Positions 40,557-53,500 of a stretch of DNA of 64,000 bases are shown piece by piece. The translations under genes and the position numbers were made by a program. The stretch comes from Paraspadella gotoi. Its lineage: Eukaryota; Animalia; Chaetognatha. The DNA is taken from positions 16,093,245-16,157,244 of the forward strand of contig CM119264.1 of assembly GCA_051294375.1 (NCBI GenBank). Reading direction: 5' to 3'. Under the pieces are notes generated by a model, which searched no databases, was not told where the DNA came from, and saw nothing but the letters and a program-made list of their open reading frames with translations. Position 1 is the stretch's first letter. Every line of letters starts with the position of its first letter.

Positions 40557-43500
40557 ATGTCTATAGATAATCGTAGGGTGAGATCGGCGGCACGAGTTAA
40601 ACATCTTGGCCTCATTCACGAAAGTCTCCAAGATGAAGACATGGAGAATATGTGGAGCATGGTTTGCGAACGTATTGTCATCACACTCAGGGTGAGTCCA
40701 TCGGTCTTGCCAAGGTCACCTCGCTACAAATATTACTATTTGAGGAATCTCGCTGAATCACTATCAATATCCCTTTCAGATTGGCAGAGGTATTAGCATC
40801 CCATACTTCGGGACCTTCACTCTTTCTAATTCCACCGCTCTCACGCTTCCACTCTTCATTCCCAACCTCGCTTTCCTCTCCCGCCTCTCTCTACGCTCCA
40901 CCCCAACATCCGCCACTCATCACTCCTCACGAGCGCCCGTCCGAGCGCTTAACTATGCGACGTTGGCACACGGGACGAGATACTCGAGAGAGATGTTCCG
41001 CCTCAGCGTTGAACGCTCCGTCGAAGCTGTCAATCGAGTCGTCGAAATGAAAGGTGAGGTCTTTCAGGTAATGGATTAAAGGGGGGACGGCGGTTGGATG
41101 ATCAACGGATGTCCACAATAGGCTACTTACCATGATGTAAAAAAAATTGTCACAGTTACTATTTATATAAAATTTAAATATCGAAAAACTTTAGCCTCTT
41201 GTAATTTATATGACCTGTGTCTCATTTATGTATGACAAAAAATACAAGAGTTTCATGTAAAAGAAAAAGAGTTGTCCAAAAAAATGCTTTTATGGCAACG
41301 GGGAAACATGTGTGATGCCAGGCGCTCAGGGCTTTGGACCTGCAGTGACCACACCATGTTACTAGCGTGTTTATGCCGTGAAGGGATTAAACCCAGAACT
41401 CACGGTTGGTGAATGAGTACTTAGCTGTCCAAACTAATGGGACGAGCTGAGTTTCACTAAGCTATACGGCAGGCGAATTTAGGATCCGCTACACTTTCTT
41501 CTTTTTTATCTTTTCCATATGTTCACTTTTAATTTATACTAATCTCCGGTTTTTTTATTACTTCTTGAGTTAAACCATTACTATTAAAAATCCCTGTCTT
41601 TCTCAGTCTCATGTCAAATGGTTATTGCATCATCTCTATTATGATAGATTCTGGGATGAATCTTAATTCATATATAAAACTGGTATTAAAAATACATTGA
41701 TGTTATAAATGCTCCAGAATATTCTTTTTATATTGTAAAGTATCAATAAAATTTATAAGGCTCCGGGTAACATTTCTGTGAACAAAGTTATCATTTTTAT
41801 TTACGTTTGGTTGTATTTTTAAAATCAAGTATCAAACAAGTCTAAAAAAAAAATCGAAGATTTTGTTAAAGTGAAAAACAATGCATCATAACATTATGCA
41901 GCCTAAACTCAAGCCTAGTTTATTTTATAGGGGATCAATATTTTTCACTGCTGACCAAGAACCATTTTTTCCCCCAAATCTGCTAAAATAGATCATATCA
42001 GAAATATAATATTAGCTAATTAGCTAATAGCAATAATGTGAGTAATCCTATGAAAACAGTTGGAGACAATCTTTTTTGGAAGTATTTATATGCATTAAAT
42101 AATTTTATGCTGTTAAAAAATAATCTTTTTATTCAATCCTTGGGAAGTTATATTATATTTTAAAACATATTTATTAGCCAAAAAATATACAGAAGGCTTC
42201 ATATTATAAAGTTAGAGTTAAAATGATAATATAAATGGAACAATAGAGGCTAATTTTTAAGTAGCATCAGGTGCATTGACGTTTTAAACATTTAAAAAAA
42301 TGTTTTATAACTAAAATTGATAAATTTCTAATAATTAAGCATGATTTGAAGATGCATGGCTCATCATTTTACTTCCAATTTTCCCAAAATATTCCAGTGG
42401 TAGATCTTTCTTTTTTGTTGTTTGTGTGTTTAAGGAGTGTAACGAAAATTCGTTTATGAACAACAACTGTTAAATAAATTGTTGTTCATAAACGAATTTT
42501 CGTTACACTCCAAAATATTCCAAAACTGACTTGAACTACTGATGTTCATGAAGCTGAAAATTAAGGTAAACTAATATTTTTATTGTAATAAATACGTTTT
42601 TATGGAAGAATAAACATCTTTGCAACTGTACAAAACAAAAATGATGAAAAAATTTTGAAACAATTTTTGACCATTTTTTGCCCCTATGGGTAACCCCTCC
42701 GCTCAGGAGTCAAATATTAAAATTCGCCTGTATTCACATAGGGATCGTTCATTCCAAATTTAAATAAATTTGGTCAAGTAGTTTTCTCGGAACGTGTTCT
42801 GGACACAAAAAAGGGGGACCGCATTTTATAAAATCGTTGACGCTTAGTCAAATAACGAGGGTAAATAATAATTGGCAAAGTATTTGGTTGATAATAGATT
42901 TATTAATGACGGACAATGATTAGGGTGATGACTTAGGTAACGATGACACGATGACAAAGGTGATGACAATATTAAACAGTTCAATAATTATTTTAAGAAG
43001 CGTTCTTTCTTGAGTTTGGATGTTGAGGTGAATGCCTAGAGTTCTCTTAGCAATTTTGACCATCAATCCCTCCGTCGGTTCCTCTGTCGGTCATTGGTCA
43101 ATCTCAGGTTGAAGTAAGGTCTGTGATTCGTCAGCATTCTGATGATTCGTGAAGGAGACGAGCAATCACATCACTAGGGCAACCAAGTCCGTTTATAGGC
43201 CCATTCCGTTGATGATATAAGGGCTGACAATGAAATTAGACGACTTTTCCAAACCGCAACAATTTTTTTCCCCATCCCCCTTCAAAAAGGTCGTCTTCGG
43301 CTCGACTTCAAATCGCTCGGTGTCCTTAAGGTCGAATCCTCCAGAGTCGAGTTTATCTTCGCGAAGAATTTGGTGCGCGAATTGAGAGGAGTGGATGGCA
43401 TCACTCAGCAGAGGGCGTTTGGCGGGAAGGAGACGGCAGAAGTAAAAGGGCAGGACTCTATTAAAGCCGACGAGTGGGAAGGAGAGTCGATTTCGAACGC

Positions 43501-45682
43501 GTCAATAACTGTAGAGTCGAGAGAAAAAATAATTACGACTAAACTCGCAGAAGCCGATTTGATCACCAAAAATGATTTTTCCATCGCTTCAAAGTCCGAT
43601 TGTAAACCTCTTCCCATGGACGATCGTTTGGACCTCTTGATAAAGCGACCATCTTCGGGGAATCGGCCTTTTACAGCCAATGGCAAGCCTTCAGTAAAAC
43701 GTCAGTCTTCGACAAATAGTCAGTCCGTCAAATCGTGCTCATTGATCAGACGAAGCTACTCAATCCAGAGTCTTAAGTCATTCGCCGGCATCGGACGCCC
43801 GGATGTCGAGTGTCTCACCAACCACCAGCGTTGGACTCAATCATTCACTCCGGAATCGCATAAGACAATGGGATTGTCATGGAACGGCCCACCGAGTTTC
43901 CGTCGTCCGGACATCCGACCTTCAAAGGCGATCCAGGGAAAAGATGAAGCGATTTTCTCAGCAAGAGACAATGAAATACATGTGGGAAATGACGATCGCT
44001 TTTATGCCTCAGCTCCGGCTGGTCATCTCAACACCTCCGATTACTTGGTATCTGTCGATAGCAACTCTTTCGAGGCGGGAGAGGCTATACCCAGAAGCCG
44101 TACCCCGTCCTGCAACCATCGTTTGGCTTGGGGGCAAGAGTTTTGCTACATGTGTTTCCAACGTAACGCGAGAAACGTCTTTGTCTCCAACGATGAAATG
44201 CGTCGGCGTGAGGAGCGCGAAGAAAATTTGGTTTTGCAGCAGTTGCAGAACGAGATGGACCGACGTGCAGCCGAAGCTGAACGACAAAAAGACGCTGACC
44301 AACGCCAAAGGGCGCGTTGCGTGGCAGCGTTTAACCTACGTATTGCGGAGAGACGCGACGCCAACGAGAAATTTGAAAAGGAGGAGGCTTTTTTCAGGGA
44401 TGCCGAGGGTGAAAAAAACTTTTTTAATCTTTTTTATATTTATCATGCAATCTCCGAAGCAATCATCAACCATAACTCAATCATCAATCTTGCAACGACC
44501 TAACCCTTCTAAACGTAACCAAACTCTTGCAGCCTTTGTCCTCTGCGATCGCCCACCCACGACTGAACTTCGCGACGCGAAGGCCGAGGAGCAACCCCGC
44601 CTTGCGGTTCAAACGCGATTGAAGGAGCAAGAAAAGGAGAAGAGAGAAGAGCGGGACAGAAGGACGAAACTGGAGCAAGAGTTGGCGGAGGAAAGGGCCG
44701 AAGGGTGGAGGAGAAAAAGGAGAGAGGAAGAAGATTATCGGACGCAACTAGCGGCGCAAATCGAAAGCAGGTGAAATTATATATTATGGCAACAGCCGGG
44801 CTGCCTGTGATGCCCATTGGGATGGGGCATCTCACTATTGGCTTTGGGGGCTTCCGAACCTCAGCGACGCATCCAGTCACTGGCGCGGCTACCCTAGGAC
44901 GGTCTCGCTTTGCCAACGCAGAGGGAAGTCGTTAGGACTGTGGATGGAACGCAACGCGTGGGATAGTGCATTCCCCCTCTGTGCCAATGGGGTTGGCTGA
45001 ACGATGGTAGATGTGAGGCGGTGTGAATATACCACCACAGGCACAGTTCAAAGATTAGATGAAAGTGGCGTTCAAGATTGTTTTTCCATTCTCCGTCGAC
45101 GTTTTTCAGACCTTCACCGCCGTTCCACTCTGTAAACGCCATAGACACGTATTTTCGGCACGAGGACGCCGACGCCGTCTTGGCTGAGACGCGCCGTCGA
45201 AAAGAGGCATTGACTGCGGATCAAAGGCGGTCTGCTGAAGAGGCGAAGGCGGCAGCGAAATTGCGCTTACTTGACGAAGCGGCCAAAGACGCAGAATGTT
45301 TGACTAGAATCAAGGAAGAGTTAAAGAGAGACAGAAACGCGAGGCGTAGAAAGGAAGTCGGTGAGCGCATTGCATTAGCCAAATATAATATCGATGAATT
45401 CATATCAAGTTATCATTTATTACTAGTAAATCTAACAATCTATTTTCCGATGTAGCAAACCGGGCGGCCTTAGAATCTACGTGGCGTCAACAGGCAGCCG
45501 AAAAAACGAATCGAGACGCCGAGAAACGTAGTCACGAGTCCGCGGCAGACGGCGGACTAGTCCACGAACAGTGCGACGTCTATCGAAGATGTCATCGATG
45601 TCAGCGACAACTCGCCAACGCCGGAGAATCAAATGTTTGGCGCGAATCCTACTTCGTTGCGGGAACCAGATTTTTTGTGTAG
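40557..45682 (+). CDS. CCDC81: Coiled-coil domain-containing protein 81 (HU-like domains plus coiled coil)
   Basis: Exons at about 40557-40691, 40780-41053 (GISIPYFGTFT...PLFIP...LNYATL), 43290-44408 (CNH...GQEFCYMCFQRNARNVFVS..E.RRRE), 44533-44770, 45145-45361 and 45456-45682 (HEQCDVYRRCHRCQR...GESNVWRESYFVAGTRFFV*). These match the CCDC81 signature segments. Confidence 0.88.
41372..41440 (-). mobile_element. Possible degenerate tRNA-derived SINE head
   Basis: Minus strand reads TAGTTTGGACAGCTAAG...GTTCTGGGTTTAATCCCTTCACGGCA, resembling pol III A and B boxes. No clean cloverleaf. Confidence 0.25.
42190..42832. mobile_element. Degenerate copy of the Tc1/mariner-type MITE family (see 59851-61183) in CCDC81 intron 2
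   Basis: Starts TACAGAAGGCTTCATATTATAAA. 42260-42830 aligns by eye with 60795-61170. Confidence 0.7.
44785..45038. mobile_element. Solo copy of the ~250 bp LTR-like repeat in a CCDC81 intron
   Basis: TATGGCAACAGCCGGG...GTGTGAATATACCACCACA is highly similar to 59881-60128 and 60337-60587. No target-site duplication is visible. Confidence 0.75.
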
Positions 45683-45884
45683 AAAAAAAAAACTAACCCT
45701 CAAACGCTGTTGAGATCTTCTAATCAAAGATAATATTTTCATTTATAACTTTCAATGTTTTTGGAAATGCAAATCTGACACGGCTAAAAATTATTTACTT
45801 CATAATACGTACTAATACTTATGCAGAGAACGCATTTTTTATTTGAAATACAGACGAAATAATCTTCCAGTCCAATCATAAATA

Positions 45885-47231
45885 TTATTGGAATCGAGCG
45901 CTGTGGAGTTCGTAGATCATCGTCCACACATCGTGGCAACTGCTAAGTTTTTGAAATCCTTGTTTTTCGTAAAGATTGATGGCGCTTGTGTTGTCTTGGT
46001 GAACGGCAAGACGAAGTCGTCCGACCTGAATTAGTCAAATTAAATAAATCATCAGTGATATTTTCTGTCCAACCACTGAAAAGTTGCCCAATACCCGCAC
46101 GACCTTTTTATTCCGGAAAGAGGCATCCTCGACGTGATTCATCAACTTGGTGCCAACTCCTCGACGACGATGTTCGGGCAGAACCCCCATAGCCACGACA
46201 ACTACCTCCAAAGGTCGGCGCCGATCGCTAGCATTAGAAAAAATCTTAAAGTATAGTGATCTCGCCAGACGTTACTATCAAAGTAAATTAATAAAAAAAT
46301 CCAGAAAAAAAAGAATGATGCAATAATGAATTGATATAATAATAATTGATTGATTGATGTAATAATAATTTTTTGATGTAATAAAAATTGATTAATTAAA
46401 GTAATAATAATTTATTGATTGAAGTAATAGCAATTGATTAATTGATTGATATAATAGCAATTAATTTATTAAAATATTTCAATTGATTGATTGATTGATG
46501 TATTAACAATTTATTGATTGATGTAATAGAAATTGATTGATTGATGTAATAGCAATTGATTGATTGATGTAACAACAATTGATTGATTGATATAATAGCA
46601 ATTGATTGATTGATATAATAGAAATTGATTGATTGATGTAATAACAATTGATTGATTGATATAATAGCAATTGATTGATTAATATAATAACAATTGATTG
46701 ATTTATATAATAACAATTGATTGATTTATATAATAACAATTGATTGATTTATATAATAACAATTGATTGATTTATATAATAACAATTGATTGATTTATAT
46801 AATAACAATTGATTGATTATGTAATTGCAATTGTTGAAATAATAACAATTGGTTGATGTAATAGCAATTGATTGATGTAATAGCAATTTATTAATGAAAT
46901 AGCAATTGATTGATGAAATAGCAATTGATTATTGTAATAATAATCAATCAATGTAATAATAACTGATTATTGATGCGATGACAACCAATTATTGATGCGA
47001 TGATAATCAAATATTGATACGATGATAACCAAATATTGATGCGATGATAACCAAATAATGGATGCAATGATAACCAAATAATGGATGCAATGATAATCAT
47101 TCATTGATGCGATGATAATCATTCATTGACGCGATGAATAATTCATTGACGCGATGAATCATTCATCGTAAATAAATAAAATGCGTATATGAGTGAGAGA
47201 GAAAAAAAAAGGGAAAAAAAGAAAGAGAAAG

Positions 47232-47316
<85 letters not shown>

Positions 47317-48531
47317 GAGAGAGAGAAAGACAGAGAGAAAAAGAGAGAGAAAGCGAGAGAGAGAGAGAAAAAGCGAGAAAGAGATAGAAAAAGAGAGAGA
47401 GAGAGAAAGAGAGAAAGAGAGAAAAAGAGAAAAGCTGGACAGCCGATGCAGAGCTGAACTCGTTTTTAAACGAAGGAAAAAAAGATGCAGAGTGAGCGAC
47501 ATATAATTAAAAGAGAGAGAGAGAGAGAGAGAGACAGAAGCTGGACAGCCACTGGACAGCCGCTGCAAAGGTAAACTCGTTTAAAAATATAAACTCGTTT
47601 ATATATATATAGATAAAAAAATGAGTCAGGAGTTTTATGTTATTTTTTTATTCATATTTTTGGATGCATCCTTTTCACTCTCCGCCTTTAATCCTTTGCT
47701 TGCACACTCCACACAGTCCACACAGCATCTTTTTCTTACCACAGAACGACATTCTCTTTCCCTCCTAGTTATCCTCAACCACATGGTGCGCATCACAACC
47801 ATCATCTCCTCCTTCCTACCCGTCATCATCTTGCACCCTGCAAGCCACGGCGCCGACGCAATCCGACCCAACAAACGCCAATCTCGAATACTCATCGGCG
47901 TTGGCGACGTCGTGGAAGAAACTTGGTCCGTAATCTTTTTGAAACAGGTCACGCAGCACACGGCGTAGCGTTTCGAATGAATCGTGATCTGTGGCGGCCA
48001 GTCGCACAGTGGGCGGGCGCAGGGACGACCTGGACGGTGTTGTTACTAGAGCAGTTGAGTCGTCGGGGCGTCGAGAAGGGGTGTGGGCACGGCAATCAGA
48101 GGCGGAGGAAGAAAATGATGAAGAGGAGGACAGGCCGCCGACGTCAAGGGGACAAAGTTTGGTAGAAGCAAGTCGACGATCTTGAGCAGATGGTTCGAAG
48201 TCGATACCTAAATTTAAGATTAATTGCAAAAGGATGACTCTTAAAACAACGCGTACTACACGTTGATCAATTTTGAAATTTTTCTAACAGAGAAAGAAAA
48301 ACGATTCAAAATAAGCTCACCTCGATTAGTTCTCCGCATATAACTCTGATATCGCGCTGCTTTCGCTTCCTTCAGCGCCACGTCATCATCATCCGGCGCC
48401 GAAGACGGCAACGGTGCCTTTTTAGCGGCACGCAATTTTTGAGCGAGGGAGGTGGAGACGCTAACTAGTGAGAACGAAGACGATGTCGAGGACGTCTCGT
48501 CAAAAGCAGAACGTGATTGACGGTGATCCAT
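45885..48531 (-). CDS. GNAT acetyltransferase, divergent NAA50-like paralogue with a Ser-rich N-terminal extension
   Basis: Exons at about 48531-48321, 48207-47821 (LRRVLRDLFQKDYGPSFFHDV...SRLAFVGSDCVGAVACRV), 46227-46097 (AMGVLPEHRRRGVGTKLMNHV, acetyl-CoA motif A) and 46025-45885 (LAVHQDNTSAINLYEKQGF). These are collinear with NAA50. Confidence 0.8.
46243..47530. repeat. Repeat element with ATTGATTGATGTAAT minisatellite and (AG)n tract in an acetyltransferase intron
   Basis: Begins TCTTAAAGTATAGTGATCTCGCCAGACGT, as at 58830. The satellite is the same as at 3640-4600. Confidence 0.75.
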
Positions 48532-49639
48532 TCCAGTGAGAGTAAGTATAAAACTGATATCATAAGAGTTAAATAGATAAAAATGATCAATACAAGACGT
48601 GTGCACACTGCACACTGCACACTGTGCAGTCTAGACGTCTGAATCTGCTGTCAATTTTTTTGGCTTTTCCCTGATTATTAAAAAAAAATTTTTTTTAAAT
48701 TAAATAAGCCTGGTTCCAAGCCCAGGACCCGTTCCATGCCTGCTTGAGGGGGTTATAGAAGTTACGGATAGTCATCTTCTGCCCACTTAGCGCCTTATCC
48801 ATATATTTGTATTCATAATTACTCATTAACGAGACCTTAAAAAGATGAAATTATACCATGATGGAAAAAAATTGTTGCGGTAACTTTCCAGATATTCTTC
48901 GGCCTTTTAACGTAAGAATCGAATAATAAAATCGAGAAACTTTGGCCTCTTGTGATTCATATGAGCTGCGTCTAATTTATGTACGAAAAGTAAATTAGTT
49001 GTCCAAAAAAATATTTCCTTCTTTTACTTTTTTTTTATTCATATTATTGTTAATATTATGTGGGATTCGTTCCCGAATTTTTCCGGTCTCCGGACTNNNN
49101 NNNNNNNNNNNNNNNNNNNNNTCCGGGACTCGGACGGAATATTAATCCTCAATTGAGGCACAAGAACTATATCTATAAACTATTATATTAGAAGAATTAA
49201 TTAAACTAAATCAAAACAGGAAGGATCGAGATTCGATCCTGGAACTTCTCCACATGGGTAATGATTTGTAAAAATCACCATTATGATTTATAACATGTAG
49301 ATATTTCCAACTTTATTATTGTCATTGTTATGCCTGTTAAATAACTATTCTAAAAACAATGAACAAAGGAAACACTTATATCAGTAGCTCTAACTAGTGA
49401 TAACAATTCTACTTTGTTAAGTGAAACTTTTCACTATGGTTTACTCAATCATCAAAGAACTTTGTCATGGAGTCACTGCTTTACAAAAGATTATTATTAA
49501 TGTTGTTATTGTAATATTTAGTATTTTGCTTGCTATTGCTTGTGTTTTGCCTTTTTATATGCATATAGATATTCTATATGCTTTGATTATTTTATTAAGG
49601 TATTGTTTTTAATAAAGAACAAACAAGCTTTGTTCAAGA

Positions 49640-50575
49640 CTTTTTATTAAGCTTTAAAGCAAGCTAGAAACTCGCAACAAGACGCCGATCCGACGACGCC
49701 GTCCTAACACGCCTCTGTCTCTGATCAAGTTGCGTCTATGTGCGTGGTGAACTATTTCCGGTCTCACGCCAATTCGAGAATCGACCCGTTCACCACATTG
49801 GTAAACCCGACATTCGAACTCTTAGCGCCCCTCGATTTCACGAGGCGCCCCCACACTTCACGCGACTTTAGGCCGGCGCTGCGCCACGGAAACGCCAATA
49901 AATGCCGCCGCCCGCGTTAACAGGCGCCACGACCATGTCTCAGGCAGCCTCCTTACGCGCCCCAGTACAGCGTGTACACGGCGGCCGCCTGTCCCGACTC
50001 CGTGCCTAAACGACGAGGGAGGTCGAAGCGCCAGATCAATTTCGCGCGCCGCAACGTGCCGGCACCTTCGTTTTTCCAACGGCCGATCAGGAGACTTTCG
50101 TCGACAGCTCACCGCTCCCGCGATATGGCAGAGGCGCGCGCGACTCAGTCTGAAGTCGACGCCTCAGAGCGGCCCTCGACGCAGCAATGGCGGAACTCGC
50201 GCCGCCAAGCGCCCTCTCCAGAGCCGCAAGCCAAAACCGGACCTGCCTCCTTTTGACAAAGAAAACTAGAGATTTGGATAAGGAGGGTGGAGTCCGCATA
50301 TACTCGAGCCAGAGTCGTCGTCAATGCAAAAGACAATTCGCTTTCCTTGAGGCAAAAATTTAGTCGACGTTGATCCGAGAATCAACGCCTTTTTGTACGG
50401 CGACCCTTCGGAGGCCAGATGGACGGCTTTCATTTGAAATACCTGCGTACAGAATATGGTTTGACCAAACGTCGACAAGCCGAGATCATCCTCGATGCCA
50501 AATAACGCGAACGAAATGAAACCGTCTGCAGCACCTCGGCAGGTTGACCGGAGAAAGCTTCCACGTCACTATCGA
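49640..50575 (-). mobile_element. Degenerate GC-rich relic, possibly the 3' end of a non-LTR (L1/Tx1-like) retrotransposon
   Basis: GC-rich intronless block with broken frames. The minus strand includes ARKLIWR-like coding remnants and ends in AATAAAAAG. No RT motif seen. Confidence 0.3.
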
Positions 50576-50577
50576 CG

Positions 50578-53500
50578 ATTATTGAAGGGAGCTGGTCATC
50601 TGAGGCTCCGATGACATGATATGTGACATGACATGTCTGACATGATTTTTTTTCAGATTGAGGGCAAAGGAGGTGCTTGGGCAAGCAGAGAAAGGATTTA
50701 TCCCCTAAAAGTAAAACCAGGTTTGTATTGTTACTGCATAATGTAATGAAATAAAATAAATAAAATAAAATCTTGGCACTTTTTCCCATCAATGCCTATG
50801 GACTAGTATGACTAAGCTCTGGATGAAAAAAGCCAAAGTTTTTTAATTATTATTTGATACCGGGCAATGAAATGATGGCAATATTGATATGTTTAAGTTT
50901 CAAAAATCTCGACCATAAATATAGAAAATATTAACCAAAGCTTCGGAAAATCACCCCTTTTTGGAAGTTTCGCCATAGAAAATTTTTTCGAATATGACTC
51001 CGGTTGAAAACCTTTTACGAATCCATCTCAGCTCTCTTTTACTTAAACTAAAACAAAATAACTAATTCACTTTTCCATGATCATATATATCAAATAACAA
51101 ATAAATGTAAAAAAAAATTTTGAAAGCCTTTCAGACACTTTGTCGGGGATTCCTGAATTGACATCATTTGTGAACAGGAAAATACCTCAGTCATGTTTAT
51201 ATCATTTCAAGGAAAAAAATCCACTTTTTGCAATTTGCTAGAATATTACCTTCAAAATTGATTAATTTGAAGCCTAAGACAAGTGGGCTCGATTACGGAT
51301 TAATTGAAATCTCTGCTGCTATTTTCTAATCAAGAATATAATATCATTTTTGCTACTTTAAATTAAAAATATTATGTCCATTTTTGTCCATTTTCACTTT
51401 TGTCTTGAGATTTGAGCCAAGATCATTGAAGAAAATTTTTTTACTTCGGCTTTGGGGTCCTTTTATCTTCTTTACCTCTGAGTCGGTTCATTTTCAGTTG
51501 GTCTCTATTGTTTACCGTATGAATTAATTTTTAAATTGACTGGTCAAAAACTTACATTTTTATATTTTATACAATTTGTTAAACAAAAATATTTCAAAGT
51601 GTTCACAATTCTAATAAAATATTCCCTATGAACGGTGTTTGGGTATACCTAAAAAATTAGGGCAAAATATTTAATATTTTTGCTGCAAAAAATGTTTTAA
51701 GTCAACTTTAATTTGTGAGGTTCGTTTTATTTGAACTAAAATCGGTTTTTATCTCATTTTATAGTTTTAAGATGATAACATACTAAGGTTGACGAATTAA
51801 AAAAAACCGCCTTCTTTTATTGAAAGGGGAGCATCAGAAAATTAATTTCTCTCAATCGACAGTTTTTTGCGGAAATTTCCGCAAAATCTGTAGATTTTTT
51901 AATCTGCTTGGCAACCAACTTTGAATAAAATCATTACGCTACGAAGATTTATTAATTAAATTAAGAGAGAAAAAGTTTTTTTTGTTTCAAACAACGACTT
52001 TTATTTTTGACGACATGTTTCGACTCTTTTTCGAGTCTTCTTCAGGCGACGATGTGAATTTTATAAGAATTTTGTCAAACTTGATGAGAGAGGAAGAGAG
52101 AGGAGAGAGAGAAGAGGGAGTAGAGAGAGGAGAGAGAGAGAGAGAGGAGGAGAAGAGAGAGATGGAGAGATGGAGAGAGGAAGCAGAGAAGGATCAGAGC
52201 ATAGAGAGCTTCCGCAAAGCTGAGTAATGGATACGATTTGAGTTCAGCTGAATGGTCGAGAAGTTTTCATTGACTTTGTCGAACCATAAATAATAATTTA
52301 GCATGTTATTCATGGGGGCTGGTGAAGCCATCAAATATCTACACAAGAGAAGAGTCTAAAGAGAGTCAGAGCATAAAGTTCGAAAAAGAAAGAATTAAAA
52401 AATAATGGGATAAACAAGAAAAAAGTTTCGTATAAGTTAGTGTGCGATTTTTTGCTATAAGCAGTTAGTATTCTAAAAACGCAACAGTTCTTTACGAGAT
52501 ATTTATCTTTAAAAGATTGTTCTTACTCATGAAAAAATCGTTTTTCGGTTTCTTCTTATAAGGCTGATTACGTAATTCGTGAAGAAATAATTCATTTACC
52601 GTATTTGAGCATCAAATTACCACGTGAGTTCTATGTTATAGGAAAGATAACTAATGCCAACCGTTTTTTTATAGTGCTTCTATTTATCAGCTGGAGAAAG
52701 AAAGTTAATGTTATTTTAAGTTCAATTTCATTTATTGAATATACCCAAAGCAAATCACTGGCCTTAATATAATTAAACAAACTATTTTTTGTTGATACTC
52801 TGATACTACGAGTGAATTATTGATGTATCGCTATCATTAAATATCAATTACGCATTGTTAAGGTGAATACCGACCTCCTCTTACGGAGACGGGCCTATTC
52901 GTTCAGATTGTTTCGACCTACTAGAGAAAAAAACATAACGAAAATGGGTGAAATACGTTTTTCGAGTTCGATTTTTGTTTTTTTTTTTGATCCCGAATCG
53001 AAACGGTCTTGTGCATTGTTGTGCAAGTGAAAGCAGAAGAACATGCGGAAAGAGCAGAGAGCGCTCTTCGAGCGACGCGTAAAGAAAAAACGAATGCCCT
53101 CCGCTTTATTTATGACGAGTTAAAAAGCCTCACCTGCAATGTGAGCAATGTCAAGTCGGAAAGATGACTTTCAGTTGGCGTCGAGGCCGACGCAGTTACT
53201 TTATGTCGTATCTTATTATATCTTATTAATGTCTCAGGACACGGATTTGTTATCCAGAAAAAAATAATCGGCGCGAATCGATCATCAAATGAGGGCTTAA
53301 GGTAATTGGTGAGTGATTCGGATGGAAAAGGTAAGTCTCATGAGTTCGAGATGGATTGATGTTTTTTAATAGGATTCGAAAGGATCGAGAGACAACGGCT
53401 GGTCGGTCAGATCAACCGGCGTGTGCAATAAGAGCTTTCGTAAAGTATTGAGAGGCGAAAATTTATCATTCTTAAGCATATTTGTTTGCTCAGGTGTCCA

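Noticed and set aside
44009-44916. Several overlapping minus-strand ORFs
   Set aside because: They are shadows of CCDC81 exons and of the solo LTR.
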